Of a stretch of DNA of 32,000 nt, positions 1-8,265 are shown piece after piece. Below the pieces are notes generated by a model. It was not told the DNA's origin and ran no database searches. It saw nothing but the letters and a program-made list of their open reading frames with translations. Every line of letters starts with the position of its first letter. Position 1 is the first letter of the stretch. Both the position numbers and the translations under genes were made by a program. Origin of the DNA: Promethearchaeum syntrophicum (lineage in GTDB: Archaea > Asgardarchaeota > Lokiarchaeia > Sigyniarchaeales > Promethearchaeaceae); NCBI RefSeq assembly GCF_008000775.2, contig NZ_CP042905.2:4140001-4172000 (forward strand), given 5' to 3'.

Positions 1-419
1 CTCTTTACAATTGACCAAACTACAATTCTAAGAATAACTCCTCGTAGATGATATGCGTTAACTACACGAGCTTCTTCCTTTCCAATTCCTTTTGCAGACA
101 CTAATTCTTTCTTGGGAGAAATTAAATTGATTAATGAGATTGAAATTTTACCTAGGATTGCTAAAGAGAATATACGAAAAACATATAAAAATATGGCAAA
201 TAATGGTGTTAAAACTGAAATTAGAACATATTTCCAACTCGTGAATATTAAAAAGAAATCAAGAAATATGTGTTGTAAAGGAAAAATGCAGATCTTGTAA
301 TAATAATAACCCATAATTATCGAAGGAACCCAAGAATACCCCCACACAAATAAAATAACAAAAATATACTTCTCCATTTCAATTTTTGCACTTGGAGGAA
401 TACGTGGATCTCTCTTCAT
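1..419 (-). CDS. Uncharacterised membrane protein, 3' end outside the window (not in the supplied ORF track)
   Basis: Minus-strand frame is open from ATG (plus 417-419) to position 1 and reads MKRDPRIPPSAKIEMEKYIFVILFVWGYSWVPSIIMGYYYYKICIFPLQHIFLDFFLIFTSWKYVLISVLTPLFAIFLYVFRIFSLAILGKISISLINLISPKKELVSAKGIGKEEARVVNAYHLRGVILRIVVWSIVK. Several hydrophobic segments are present. It is antisense to the small 112..300 ORF. Confidence 0.65.
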   Translation of the reverse strand, partial: MKRDPRIPPSAKIEMEKYIFVILFVWGYSWVPSIIMGYYYYKICIFPLQHIFLDFFLIFTSWKYVLISVLTPLFAIFLYVFRIFSLAILGKISISLINLISPKKELVSAKGIGKEEARVVNAYHLRGVILRIVVWSIVK

Positions 420-479
420 TATGCACTTAAAATAAACTAAAAATAAAAATCATTGTTAATGATTTTTTTTAATGATTTT

Positions 480-923
480 TTAATCTGAAACCGCTTTTCG
501 TTTTGAAAAGAGGGTCTTCAACTCATCCATTATTGATCCACGTAGGGATACAGGCCCTGCTGGAGCCCCCCCTTTTGGAGGAGGTGCTCTTCCAGGAGGT
601 GGTGGTGGTGCTCCAGGAGGTGGTGACCCAGGTGGCGGTGGTGGTGCTCCGGGACCAGATGCTACTGCTGGAACAGCTAAATTTGCTCCTGCTGCAGCGG
701 CAACTCTAGATTCTACTTGCACTATTCGACCCTCCATTGCTTTTAATCGACCATCGAGACCATTAATTTGATTTGATAGTACTTGGATACTTTGATCTAC
801 CATCTCCGGAATCCTTAACGTGATTGTCATAATCTTCTCGATTACATCGCCCAATCCTTCGACTCGCTCTTTCAATGGTGCTTCACTGTAGCTATTCATT
901 ACGGAAAAGAATTCTTCAGCCAT
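480..923 (-). CDS. Small coiled-coil protein with polyproline segment and C-terminal WH2-like helix; possible actin/profilin-interacting protein
   Basis: ORF 480..968 with likely start at MAEEFF (plus 923). N-terminal predicted coiled coil, then APPPPPGSPPPGAPPPPPGRAPPP, then RGSIMDELKTLFSKRKAVSD. Confidence 0.7.
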   Translation of the reverse strand: MAEEFFSVMNSYSEAPLKERVEGLGDVIEKIMTITLRIPEMVDQSIQVLSNQINGLDGRLKAMEGRIVQVESRVAAAAGANLAVPAVASGPGAPPPPPGSPPPGAPPPPPGRAPPPKGGAPAGPVSLRGSIMDELKTLFSKRKAVSD

Positions 924-1017
924 TTTAATTCGACCTAAAAATATTAAATTCAATTTACTGGTAAGCAAATTGATTATTATGTAGTACTATTGGTAAAACG
1001 ATCTTAAATAATTTTAT

Positions 1018-1635
1018 TTAAAACTCCAGAAATCCAGTGTCACCCAAAATTTCCTCAATTTTTGCCCGTCTTTTGGGTTTTTCACTAACCTTACTTTCCC
1101 CTTCATCGTATGGATTATCTTCGTTTTCTTCATATATGTTTTCGAGAGTGGCATCTTCAATAAGACCAGAATCTAGTTGTTCTTGGAGTCTTTTTCCATT
1201 TTCAACGTATTTGGCTGCAGTCGCTTTCCACATCTCTGCTTGTTCCAAATCTTTTGGGTCTTTATTTTTTTGATATTCTTCAAGAGCTTTTGTGGAATTA
1301 ACATTTGCATTATCAGCTAAAAATGAATAGACTAAGGTTAATTCAGTAAATTGTTTCTTTTCCCAAAGTTTTTCTTCACGAGATGTGAGTCTAGCATATT
1401 CTTGGTCTTTATAATATATATCAATGAAATCTCCAAATGCATCAACGGGTTCTGTGAGGTCATTCTTGGAAACTTTCTGAGATACACCACAATGTCCGCA
1501 AATTACTTCGACATCTTCTTCTTTTGAAGTTACTTTCGCTTTGACTGTCTTGTGTCCGCATTTTGGGCAGGTAAAGATCTTGGGAAGTGATCTTACTCTT
1601 CTATAAACAATTTTTTTTCTTTTGCGTCGACCCAC
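1018..1635 (-). CDS. Elf1-like transcription elongation factor / zinc ribbon protein with acidic C-terminal extension
   Basis: GTG start; N-terminus MGRRKRKKIVYRRVRSLPKIFTCPKCGHKTVKAK...EVICGHCGVSQ...LTEPVDAFGDFID resembles the eukaryotic Elf1 pattern (basic MGKRK start, CxxC..CxxC, 'L.QPVDVYSDW'). Confidence 0.75.
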   Translation of the reverse strand: MGRRKRKKIVYRRVRSLPKIFTCPKCGHKTVKAKVTSKEEDVEVICGHCGVSQKVSKNDLTEPVDAFGDFIDIYYKDQEYARLTSREEKLWEKKQFTELTLVYSFLADNANVNSTKALEEYQKNKDPKDLEQAEMWKATAAKYVENGKRLQEQLDSGLIEDATLENIYEENEDNPYDEGESKVSEKPKRRAKIEEILGDTGFLEF

Positions 1636-1789
1636 GTTAACTCGTATAAAATAAAGAAACCTAATGCAATAAATTTTATGGTCTTATTTTAGAAAGATTT
1701 TTTGGTCATGCTACATTGAATAAATTAAGTTTTTGCAATACATTTTTCGCAAATGAGTGATATTTCGCCATGAATAATAGGAGATCAAT

Positions 1790-2941
1790 ATGACAGAAGA
1801 CCACACAACCTTAGATTTAGAATATGATAGAATGTTATTAGAAGACGTATTTGATTCCCCAAATCTCAGGTACGTATCGTTGTATATGTATATAATTCGG
1901 AAAGATTTATTCCAAGATTTACTGGATGATGATGTCATTGAACAATTTGAAACTATAACATCACTAGATGAACCAACTGTGGAGGATATAACTAGAATAT
2001 GCACAGGAGATTTTATTAAAGCATTATTTCAATATAAAATGATTACCAATCTTCGATCCTATGAAATCTTTCAATCTAAGGGAAATGATTTTAAAATTCG
2101 GTTTGCTAAAGGATTAAATCTAACCCATGATGAATTATCAGAATCCGAAGAGGAAGTTCATATATTTTTCAACGAAGCATATTTAGAAAGAATTTTAAAT
2201 CCTATCATTCCAGAAATGACACAGACTCGAATACATGAATCACTGGAAAGACTTAGAGCGATGATGTGTCCGAAATCATCTATGATTCATGAACTTGTTC
2301 ATAAATATGGGGATTTTTATGTAATTGATGATGATTTCTACTATATTATTGAGGAATTTGGAAATCCCTATCAAGCTTTAAGGATTGAATTAATGATTCG
2401 TGCAATGTCAAGCAAATACAAAGAAATTGAAAGTAATATAAATGAAGTATTAAAGCAATATGATTCTTCAATAGTTAAAGCACCAATAATGAAGAAATTG
2501 AAGCAGGCTAAAGAGAAAGGGAAAGAGGATTATGTTAAATATTTGATCGATAAATCACGTAAAAAAACTCTCCCCCATAAATTTTGGGTTGAATTTCCAG
2601 ATATTGAAATTCCAGATAATTATGTTAAATGGAAAGATTCTTTAAATCAGCTATTTAACCTTAAACTAAAATTTATAGATATTGATCTTAAAATGGATGA
2701 GTTAAGAGCACATTATTCAGGCAAAAACCAAAAAATGACTTATTTGAAATTCATTCAAAAATCTACATATGATGAAGACAATATATCAGAAAGAATTAAG
2801 ACTTTATTAATCGAAGCGCGAAATTCTTTGAAGGAAGTAAGTGAGAATTTAGAGAAATATCCTAAGAAAGAAATGAAATTACTAAATTTAGATATCGAAC
2901 GAATGATAATTGAAAAAGGATTAGATGAGGAAGAAGACTAG
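1790..2941 (+). CDS. Hypothetical protein (383 aa), first gene of an eight-gene same-strand cluster
   Basis: Long ORF; 0 nt gap to the next gene; no family recognised. Confidence 0.8.
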   Translation: MTEDHTTLDLEYDRMLLEDVFDSPNLRYVSLYMYIIRKDLFQDLLDDDVIEQFETITSLDEPTVEDITRICTGDFIKALFQYKMITNLRSYEIFQSKGNDFKIRFAKGLNLTHDELSESEEEVHIFFNEAYLERILNPIIPEMTQTRIHESLERLRAMMCPKSSMIHELVHKYGDFYVIDDDFYYIIEEFGNPYQALRIELMIRAMSSKYKEIESNINEVLKQYDSSIVKAPIMKKLKQAKEKGKEDYVKYLIDKSRKKTLPHKFWVEFPDIEIPDNYVKWKDSLNQLFNLKLKFIDIDLKMDELRAHYSGKNQKMTYLKFIQKSTYDEDNISERIKTLLIEARNSLKEVSENLEKYPKKEMKLLNLDIERMIIEKGLDEEED

Positions 2942-3916
2942 GTGAAAAATATGGGTGAAATTTGTCCAGCATGTGGAGAAGCAGAACTAACTGAATTAGT
3001 ACCGGGAGTAAAAAGTTGCCCCGCTTGTCGAAAGGTATTTCGTTCGAAGGTTGAAAAGAAAAAAATTCAAAAATCGGAAGGAAAACTTCTTGATGGGGAG
3101 TATTGGATGAAAAATACTACTCTTAATCCAAAATATGAAATTGCCGATAAAGGAATAACGATTTTTAGGGAGGAAAATAAGTTATGGTTTGCAGTTTTAT
3201 TGTGTCATACCCCTGATTTCCCTGATTCAAAATATATTCGATTATCTTGGTGGAAAAAAAGTGTGAATATCCATGCGGGTATGTTTAAAATTGAAGATTT
3301 GGATGAATTAGAAAATGTTTTAATCGCATTGAATCGTATTGAAGAAGATTTCGATGAATATTTTGAAGTAAAGGATAATAAGAAAATTTCATATGAGCCT
3401 ATTCCAGAAAGAAAGGATATTGATGATGAATCTTATGTTTTTAATCTAACTAAAAGAAAATGCCCAAAATGTGGTTGGAAAATGAAAAAAAGTAAAAATC
3501 ATCGCTATTATGAATGTGAAAAATGCGGAGAAATTATCGTATTAGATGATGGGCATCCGATTTATGATATCCCATCAAAATATTTACCAATGTCATATTC
3601 AACTAATTACCCTATCAATTTCTATTTACCCAATTATGGAATTACAGTTAGTAATAAAATGGGGAATTGGAAAGCGATTATCACAATCCATGCAAAAGAA
3701 AACCCCGACAAAAGATGGTTACGATTTTATTGGTGGAGAAGAAATTTCCAACATTATATGACTAGTCAATACTCACTTGGTTCATCCCAAGGATTAAAAT
3801 GGGAAACGCGAAAAGGAGTTATGTCACCCAACATCTATGATAAGAAGTTGATAGCCCCACTAATTAAAGGATTAGAAGAAATGAAGAAAATTTGGTTAAT
3901 GAGTAAAGAGGAATAG
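2942..3916 (+). CDS. Hypothetical protein with two zinc ribbons, each followed by a similar domain
   Basis: CPACGEAELTELVPGVKSCPACRKVF and CPKCGWKMKKSKNHRYYECEKCGE. Followed by KGITIFREENKLWFAVLL..KYIRLSWWKK and YGITVSNKMGNWKAIITI..KRWLRFYWWRR respectively. GTG start at 2942 or ATG at 2951. Confidence 0.8.
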   Translation: MKNMGEICPACGEAELTELVPGVKSCPACRKVFRSKVEKKKIQKSEGKLLDGEYWMKNTTLNPKYEIADKGITIFREENKLWFAVLLCHTPDFPDSKYIRLSWWKKSVNIHAGMFKIEDLDELENVLIALNRIEEDFDEYFEVKDNKKISYEPIPERKDIDDESYVFNLTKRKCPKCGWKMKKSKNHRYYECEKCGEIIVLDDGHPIYDIPSKYLPMSYSTNYPINFYLPNYGITVSNKMGNWKAIITIHAKENPDKRWLRFYWWRRNFQHYMTSQYSLGSSQGLKWETRKGVMSPNIYDKKLIAPLIKGLEEMKKIWLMSKEE

Positions 3917-3918
3917 AG

Positions 3919-5064
3919 ATGGAAAACGAATTAGAAAGCGATTTATGGTCAGAATTGATAGAAAAATTTGGAAATTCTATAAAAAAATCCTTAGAAGTAA
4001 TCAAGGAAAGAGATATTGAGAATATTCCAGGAGCAAAAGAACAATTAATAAGACGCTTTGAAGAATTAAATCGATATCTTCCACGAAATAATGGAGAAAT
4101 TATGATTAAAAGTATAGATGAATCGATTTCGAACTCATTTTTTCCTCAAACCAACAAATTAGCTGTAGCATTTGAAAAAATTTTAAAAACTCTCGAACAA
4201 CAGCATGAAAATGCATTTATAATTAATGAATTAATTAATGGGTTTGTTGCCAGTCAAAGTAAATCGTTTGGATCCTTTAAAGAAGGGCCTATTATAGATC
4301 GTATTATTGAAGCCTTTAAAAAATCAAAGAATTTTCGTATATCTGATTATTCTTTTTATGCAATGTTTGGAAACCCAAATAAACCCAGAAAAAATCTCCA
4401 AACTAATTTGAAATCAATAGCAGAATTTCTTGGATTAGTAAAAGAAGAAAAAATATATGCACGTGATCTTGCTAGAAGTGAGGAAAAAGCAGTTAATTTC
4501 TATACATTCCCTCCGGAAATCTTAGAATTATTAGAAGGAACCTATATTATTCACACTGAAAAAGGCGAGACAATTATTAATGATGATTTTGATAAGAACG
4601 TCTTTACCAGCTTATTCTTGGCAAGATATTCAGTTGGGAGAAAAAACCTAGATGCCTACAAAATAAATGGAATCTGTGCAATTTTTGCTCTTATTCTCAT
4701 ATTAAGCTTTATGCCTAAAGTTAAATTAGCGGAAAATAACCCTATTTTACGTGATCGTAATTATGATTCCCAAAATATGAGTGTGATTCCGAAATCTTGG
4801 ATGATGAAAGAAGTTTTAGTAGAGTTACTTCCTAGCACTATCGAAATAGTAGCATATAGAATGGGAGCATCTCTATGGTATAATAAAATCGAAAAATCTG
4901 ATGCTCAAAAACGATTGCATCTTCAAACTCGATTTTTAATTAAGGATGTTAATAAATGGGTACTAGGAAACTTGTGTAGAGTAGAAATCCCAATATTTGT
5001 TGAAATAAGTAATATTTTCCAGGAAATTACTGTAGATGGAACAGATACGGATTATAATAATTAA
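3919..5064 (+). CDS. Hypothetical protein (381 aa)
   Basis: Long ORF beginning 2 nt after the previous stop; no family recognised. Confidence 0.8.
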   Translation: MENELESDLWSELIEKFGNSIKKSLEVIKERDIENIPGAKEQLIRRFEELNRYLPRNNGEIMIKSIDESISNSFFPQTNKLAVAFEKILKTLEQQHENAFIINELINGFVASQSKSFGSFKEGPIIDRIIEAFKKSKNFRISDYSFYAMFGNPNKPRKNLQTNLKSIAEFLGLVKEEKIYARDLARSEEKAVNFYTFPPEILELLEGTYIIHTEKGETIINDDFDKNVFTSLFLARYSVGRKNLDAYKINGICAIFALILILSFMPKVKLAENNPILRDRNYDSQNMSVIPKSWMMKEVLVELLPSTIEIVAYRMGASLWYNKIEKSDAQKRLHLQTRFLIKDVNKWVLGNLCRVEIPIFVEISNIFQEITVDGTDTDYNN

Positions 5065-5084
5065 CACATATACGGTGAAAAATC

Positions 5085-6332
5085 ATGGCACGTGAAAGAT
5101 GGGAAGAAATTGTAGCATATTATAAAACTTACATTTCGATACTTCAACCTTTATTGAAAGAAACCAGAAGACTTTTCTTAGATTTGACTTCAGAAGAATT
5201 ACTGGATTTTTCAGCTTTACAAGAAAAATTGGAAGAGGAAACTAAAAGAAAAATCAATACAGTAAAAGCCATTGCAGAATTTAATGCTTTTTTCAGGAAA
5301 GAGATTTTTAAACATATTCTTAACTATATCGGAGAAGTTCAGAAAGATTTTGAAGTCCTTGATATAAAGGATAATATAATAGATTTCCTAGATGAATCTA
5401 TTCATGCATTTGATGGTTTATTAGCCTTAATTCAAGAAGATTTTTCAAAACAAGAAGGATCCCCCTTGAATTTTCTGTTCGACTTGTTAAATGAAATATT
5501 ACTTCCAAATGGAGATAATCTGGAAAGTATTTATGAACAGTTATTAGAAAAATCTGAAGAGTGGTATGAAGCTCAAAGGCATATTCTTAGCCCAACTACA
5601 TTTTATAGGGAAAAAATTGGAGAAATGACAATTCCTGGATTAAGTCCAAAAACATATCAGATTATAAATGGGATTACCTCACTTTTTAACCTCGATCCAA
5701 ATTATTTGGATATGGATGAAAATCCTAATTATGTTGTACCTGCAATTATGGTCTCTGACATTTTTGAACCTTACATAGATAATATTGCAAATGCTGAGGA
5801 AGAGTCAATTAAAAGAATTTGCAGTAGATTGGAATTACGAATCACTGATGGAATTTTTATATCTCCCTCAGAGGAATTATTACAATTAGCAGAACCGCAT
5901 AACTTTTTCAGTAGACAAAATGATTCAGATGGAAAAACTCGTTGGATTCCTCAATTCAGTAATGAAACATTTGTATTATTATACTTAGCAAAGGTATCCA
6001 TGCGAAGAGGGTTCCTTTCAAAAGAACTAATTAATTGGATATCGATGAATTTCTCATTTATTATTTATAACACAGTTTTACACGCAAATCTATCCGATGA
6101 GAATATTTTTTATAATTTATTCTTAGATCTTAAAACTGAAGAAAAAATCATTCCGTATTTAATGAAAATCTTGTGTTTTGAGAATTATCTTAGATTAGAC
6201 AGAACTAAAATACGTGATTCTCCGGTATACAGGAAAGAACTATTCAATTTTCTAGGATCAAAAATTGAAATAATTGATAAAATAACATATCTACTAGTAG
6301 AGAAATATGAAAAATTTATGAATCCTAAATAA
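5085..6332 (+). CDS. Hypothetical mostly helical protein (415 aa)
   Basis: Long ORF, 20 nt after previous gene, GGTGA motif upstream of ATG. Confidence 0.8.
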   Translation: MARERWEEIVAYYKTYISILQPLLKETRRLFLDLTSEELLDFSALQEKLEEETKRKINTVKAIAEFNAFFRKEIFKHILNYIGEVQKDFEVLDIKDNIIDFLDESIHAFDGLLALIQEDFSKQEGSPLNFLFDLLNEILLPNGDNLESIYEQLLEKSEEWYEAQRHILSPTTFYREKIGEMTIPGLSPKTYQIINGITSLFNLDPNYLDMDENPNYVVPAIMVSDIFEPYIDNIANAEEESIKRICSRLELRITDGIFISPSEELLQLAEPHNFFSRQNDSDGKTRWIPQFSNETFVLLYLAKVSMRRGFLSKELINWISMNFSFIIYNTVLHANLSDENIFYNLFLDLKTEEKIIPYLMKILCFENYLRLDRTKIRDSPVYRKELFNFLGSKIEIIDKITYLLVEKYEKFMNPK

Positions 6333-6352
6333 AAAAAAAAAAGTGAAAAATA

Positions 6353-7423
6353 ATGACATTTACAATTGAAGAAATGCAACAGCGTTTCAGAAAATTTGGG
6401 ACAATTTATTCAGGTGATGATATCAGAGAAGATGTTGAAGATATTATCGGATTGGAAGATAAAAAAGAGATGATGGCTGATTTTTTTCTATCATTAAAAA
6501 AATATGGCGACATAGCTTCTAACTTACAAGCTGCAAAAATCGCACCTAATTTTACTATGTTACTATATGGCCCTCCTGGAACAGGCAAAACAGCATTAAC
6601 TAGAGCAATGGCAAAGAAATACGAGATTCCAATGGGACTAGTTGATGCAGATAGGTTAGTATCTCCATTATTGGGAGATACTGTGAAAAATATTCGAGGA
6701 GTATTCGATTTAGCAGCAGAATTTTCAAAGGAAAATGGCGTATTTCTTCTTTTTTTTGATGAAATTGATGCCATAACAGGAGAACGTGCAAATGCACATG
6801 AAGTAGGTGAAATTAAAAGAGCAGTCATATCTTTCTTACAAATAATTGATAAAATTTCTTATGATGCTATCCCTCTAGCAATCTTCGGAGCAACGAATCA
6901 TGAAAAACAATTAGATTCAGCCATATGGAGAAGATTTACGTATCATTTAAAATTTCAATTTCCAAATTTTATTGTTCGTAAAAATATCCTAGAATCTTTC
7001 ATTCTCCGAGTTGAAAAAGCAACAATTGGAATAGATCCACGCTTAACGGAATCAATTGAATCAGAATATAAATTTTTATTCCAGAGATATTCAAAATTGA
7101 AAGAAAAATTAGGAAGAGAATTGAACGACGAAGAATATTATGGAATTTTTGATGAATTGAAACAAAAGGGTAAAGAAGGAATTCTATATCATACTTTAGG
7201 ATATACAGGGGCAGATTTAATGCGGGCAATGAGGGTAGCTTTGTTCAAAGCATTACAAAAGAATATGTTGTTGTATGATGATTATTTTCGATCCTTAGAA
7301 TTAGTCGGAGGAACTGAAACACACGTTTTACAAGGATTACGACTAGCTAAAGAGAATTCAGCAAACCAAGAGGAAAATAAACCTCCTACAAGTGATTTAA
7401 GTGATTTTGATATAGATATTTAA
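6353..7423 (+). CDS. Single-domain AAA ATPase (classical/Cdc48-Vps4-like type)
   Basis: Walker A GPPGTGKT, Walker B FLLFFDEIDA, sensor-1-like GATNHEKQLDSAIWRRF, C-terminal LGYTGADLMRAMRVAL typical of the AAA lid. Confidence 0.9.
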   Translation: MTFTIEEMQQRFRKFGTIYSGDDIREDVEDIIGLEDKKEMMADFFLSLKKYGDIASNLQAAKIAPNFTMLLYGPPGTGKTALTRAMAKKYEIPMGLVDADRLVSPLLGDTVKNIRGVFDLAAEFSKENGVFLLFFDEIDAITGERANAHEVGEIKRAVISFLQIIDKISYDAIPLAIFGATNHEKQLDSAIWRRFTYHLKFQFPNFIVRKNILESFILRVEKATIGIDPRLTESIESEYKFLFQRYSKLKEKLGRELNDEEYYGIFDELKQKGKEGILYHTLGYTGADLMRAMRVALFKALQKNMLLYDDYFRSLELVGGTETHVLQGLRLAKENSANQEENKPPTSDLSDFDIDI

Positions 7424-7443
7424 ACGAATCGAGGGGAATTATA

Positions 7444-8265
7444 ATTTTAGAAAGAAATTACACTGATATTAAAATAATAAATCGGGATTCTGTTCAATTT
7501 TTTTCGGAAATCATCGATTCCATTAAAGAAAATCAGAGTAATTTAGATGAACCTGCAGATTCTTATATGGAATTACTTTCTGAACAGATTAATAATAATA
7601 TCTCCGATATGGCAATAATTTTTAAGAAAATTCAGAAATTTCTAACTGAAGATTATCAAAACGAACTGTTTTTTGACATGCAAAATCTTTCAAAATATTC
7701 AATTGTAAAAGAAATAGGTATTAATCTTCTTAAAAATCGAATTCTCGAAAAACCAATAGAAAGCGATAATATTGTATTTGCAATATATAAAAAATATTGG
7801 GACGCATTGCTACAAAGAATGATTAAATCTTCTAAATTCAATTCTACAATAGAAAAACTAAAAAATTTTCATTATGAGGCTATTAATGATAAAATTAATG
7901 AAGAACTAAAGAAAATCCCAATAGAGATAGATCCAAGTGTAAGGGATGACTACAAAAAAGCATATTATAGTAATCCTTTAACTTTTAGTGAATATCTAAA
8001 TTTTGAACAGAAAAAGCATAAAGAAAGCCAATATTCTCAAGAACAACCAGATTCTTTTAATTCCTCAGAGAAATTACGGAAAGAATTTGTGATGGCCGTT
8101 GAAAAAAAAAAAATTGACAAGAAAAAGGAAGAACAGGAAAAGCAATTTGATAATTATAATGCGTATTTCAACATGGATGATCGCCAATTACAACGCGCTA
8201 AAAGAAATGGAAAAATGAGAAGAAAATATACTAAAAAAACGCGAAAGGAGAAATACAAAAAATGA
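7444..8265 (+). CDS. Hypothetical charged helical protein; N-terminus probably begins at a non-ATG codon upstream of the annotated ATG (7567)
   Basis: ORF from ATG 7567 is 232 aa, but the frame stays open upstream to about 7411 with no ATG/GTG/TTG. GAGGGG at 7431-7436 lies 7 nt before ATT at 7444. Confidence 0.7.
   Translation: MLERNYTDIKIINRDSVQFFSEIIDSIKENQSNLDEPADSYMELLSEQINNNISDMAIIFKKIQKFLTEDYQNELFFDMQNLSKYSIVKEIGINLLKNRILEKPIESDNIVFAIYKKYWDALLQRMIKSSKFNSTIEKLKNFHYEAINDKINEELKKIPIEIDPSVRDDYKKAYYSNPLTFSEYLNFEQKKHKESQYSQEQPDSFNSSEKLRKEFVMAVEKKKIDKKKEEQEKQFDNYNAYFNMDDRQLQRAKRNGKMRRKYTKKTRKEKYKK

Noticed and set aside
112-300. Plus-strand 62-aa ORF
   Set aside because: Antisense to the longer open minus-strand frame 1..419, which has a more protein-like composition.
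503-709. Plus-strand ORF opposite the polyproline gene
   Set aside because: Low-complexity L/V/Q/E reading is the antisense of proline/glycine codons.
1711-2004. Minus-strand 97-aa ORF
   Set aside because: Ser-rich, overlaps the start of the well-supported 1790..2941 gene on the opposite strand.
6185-7229. Several antisense ORFs (6185..6379, 6406..6828, 6600..6797, 6999..7229)
   Set aside because: All lie opposite or out of frame to real operon genes, notably the AAA ATPase.
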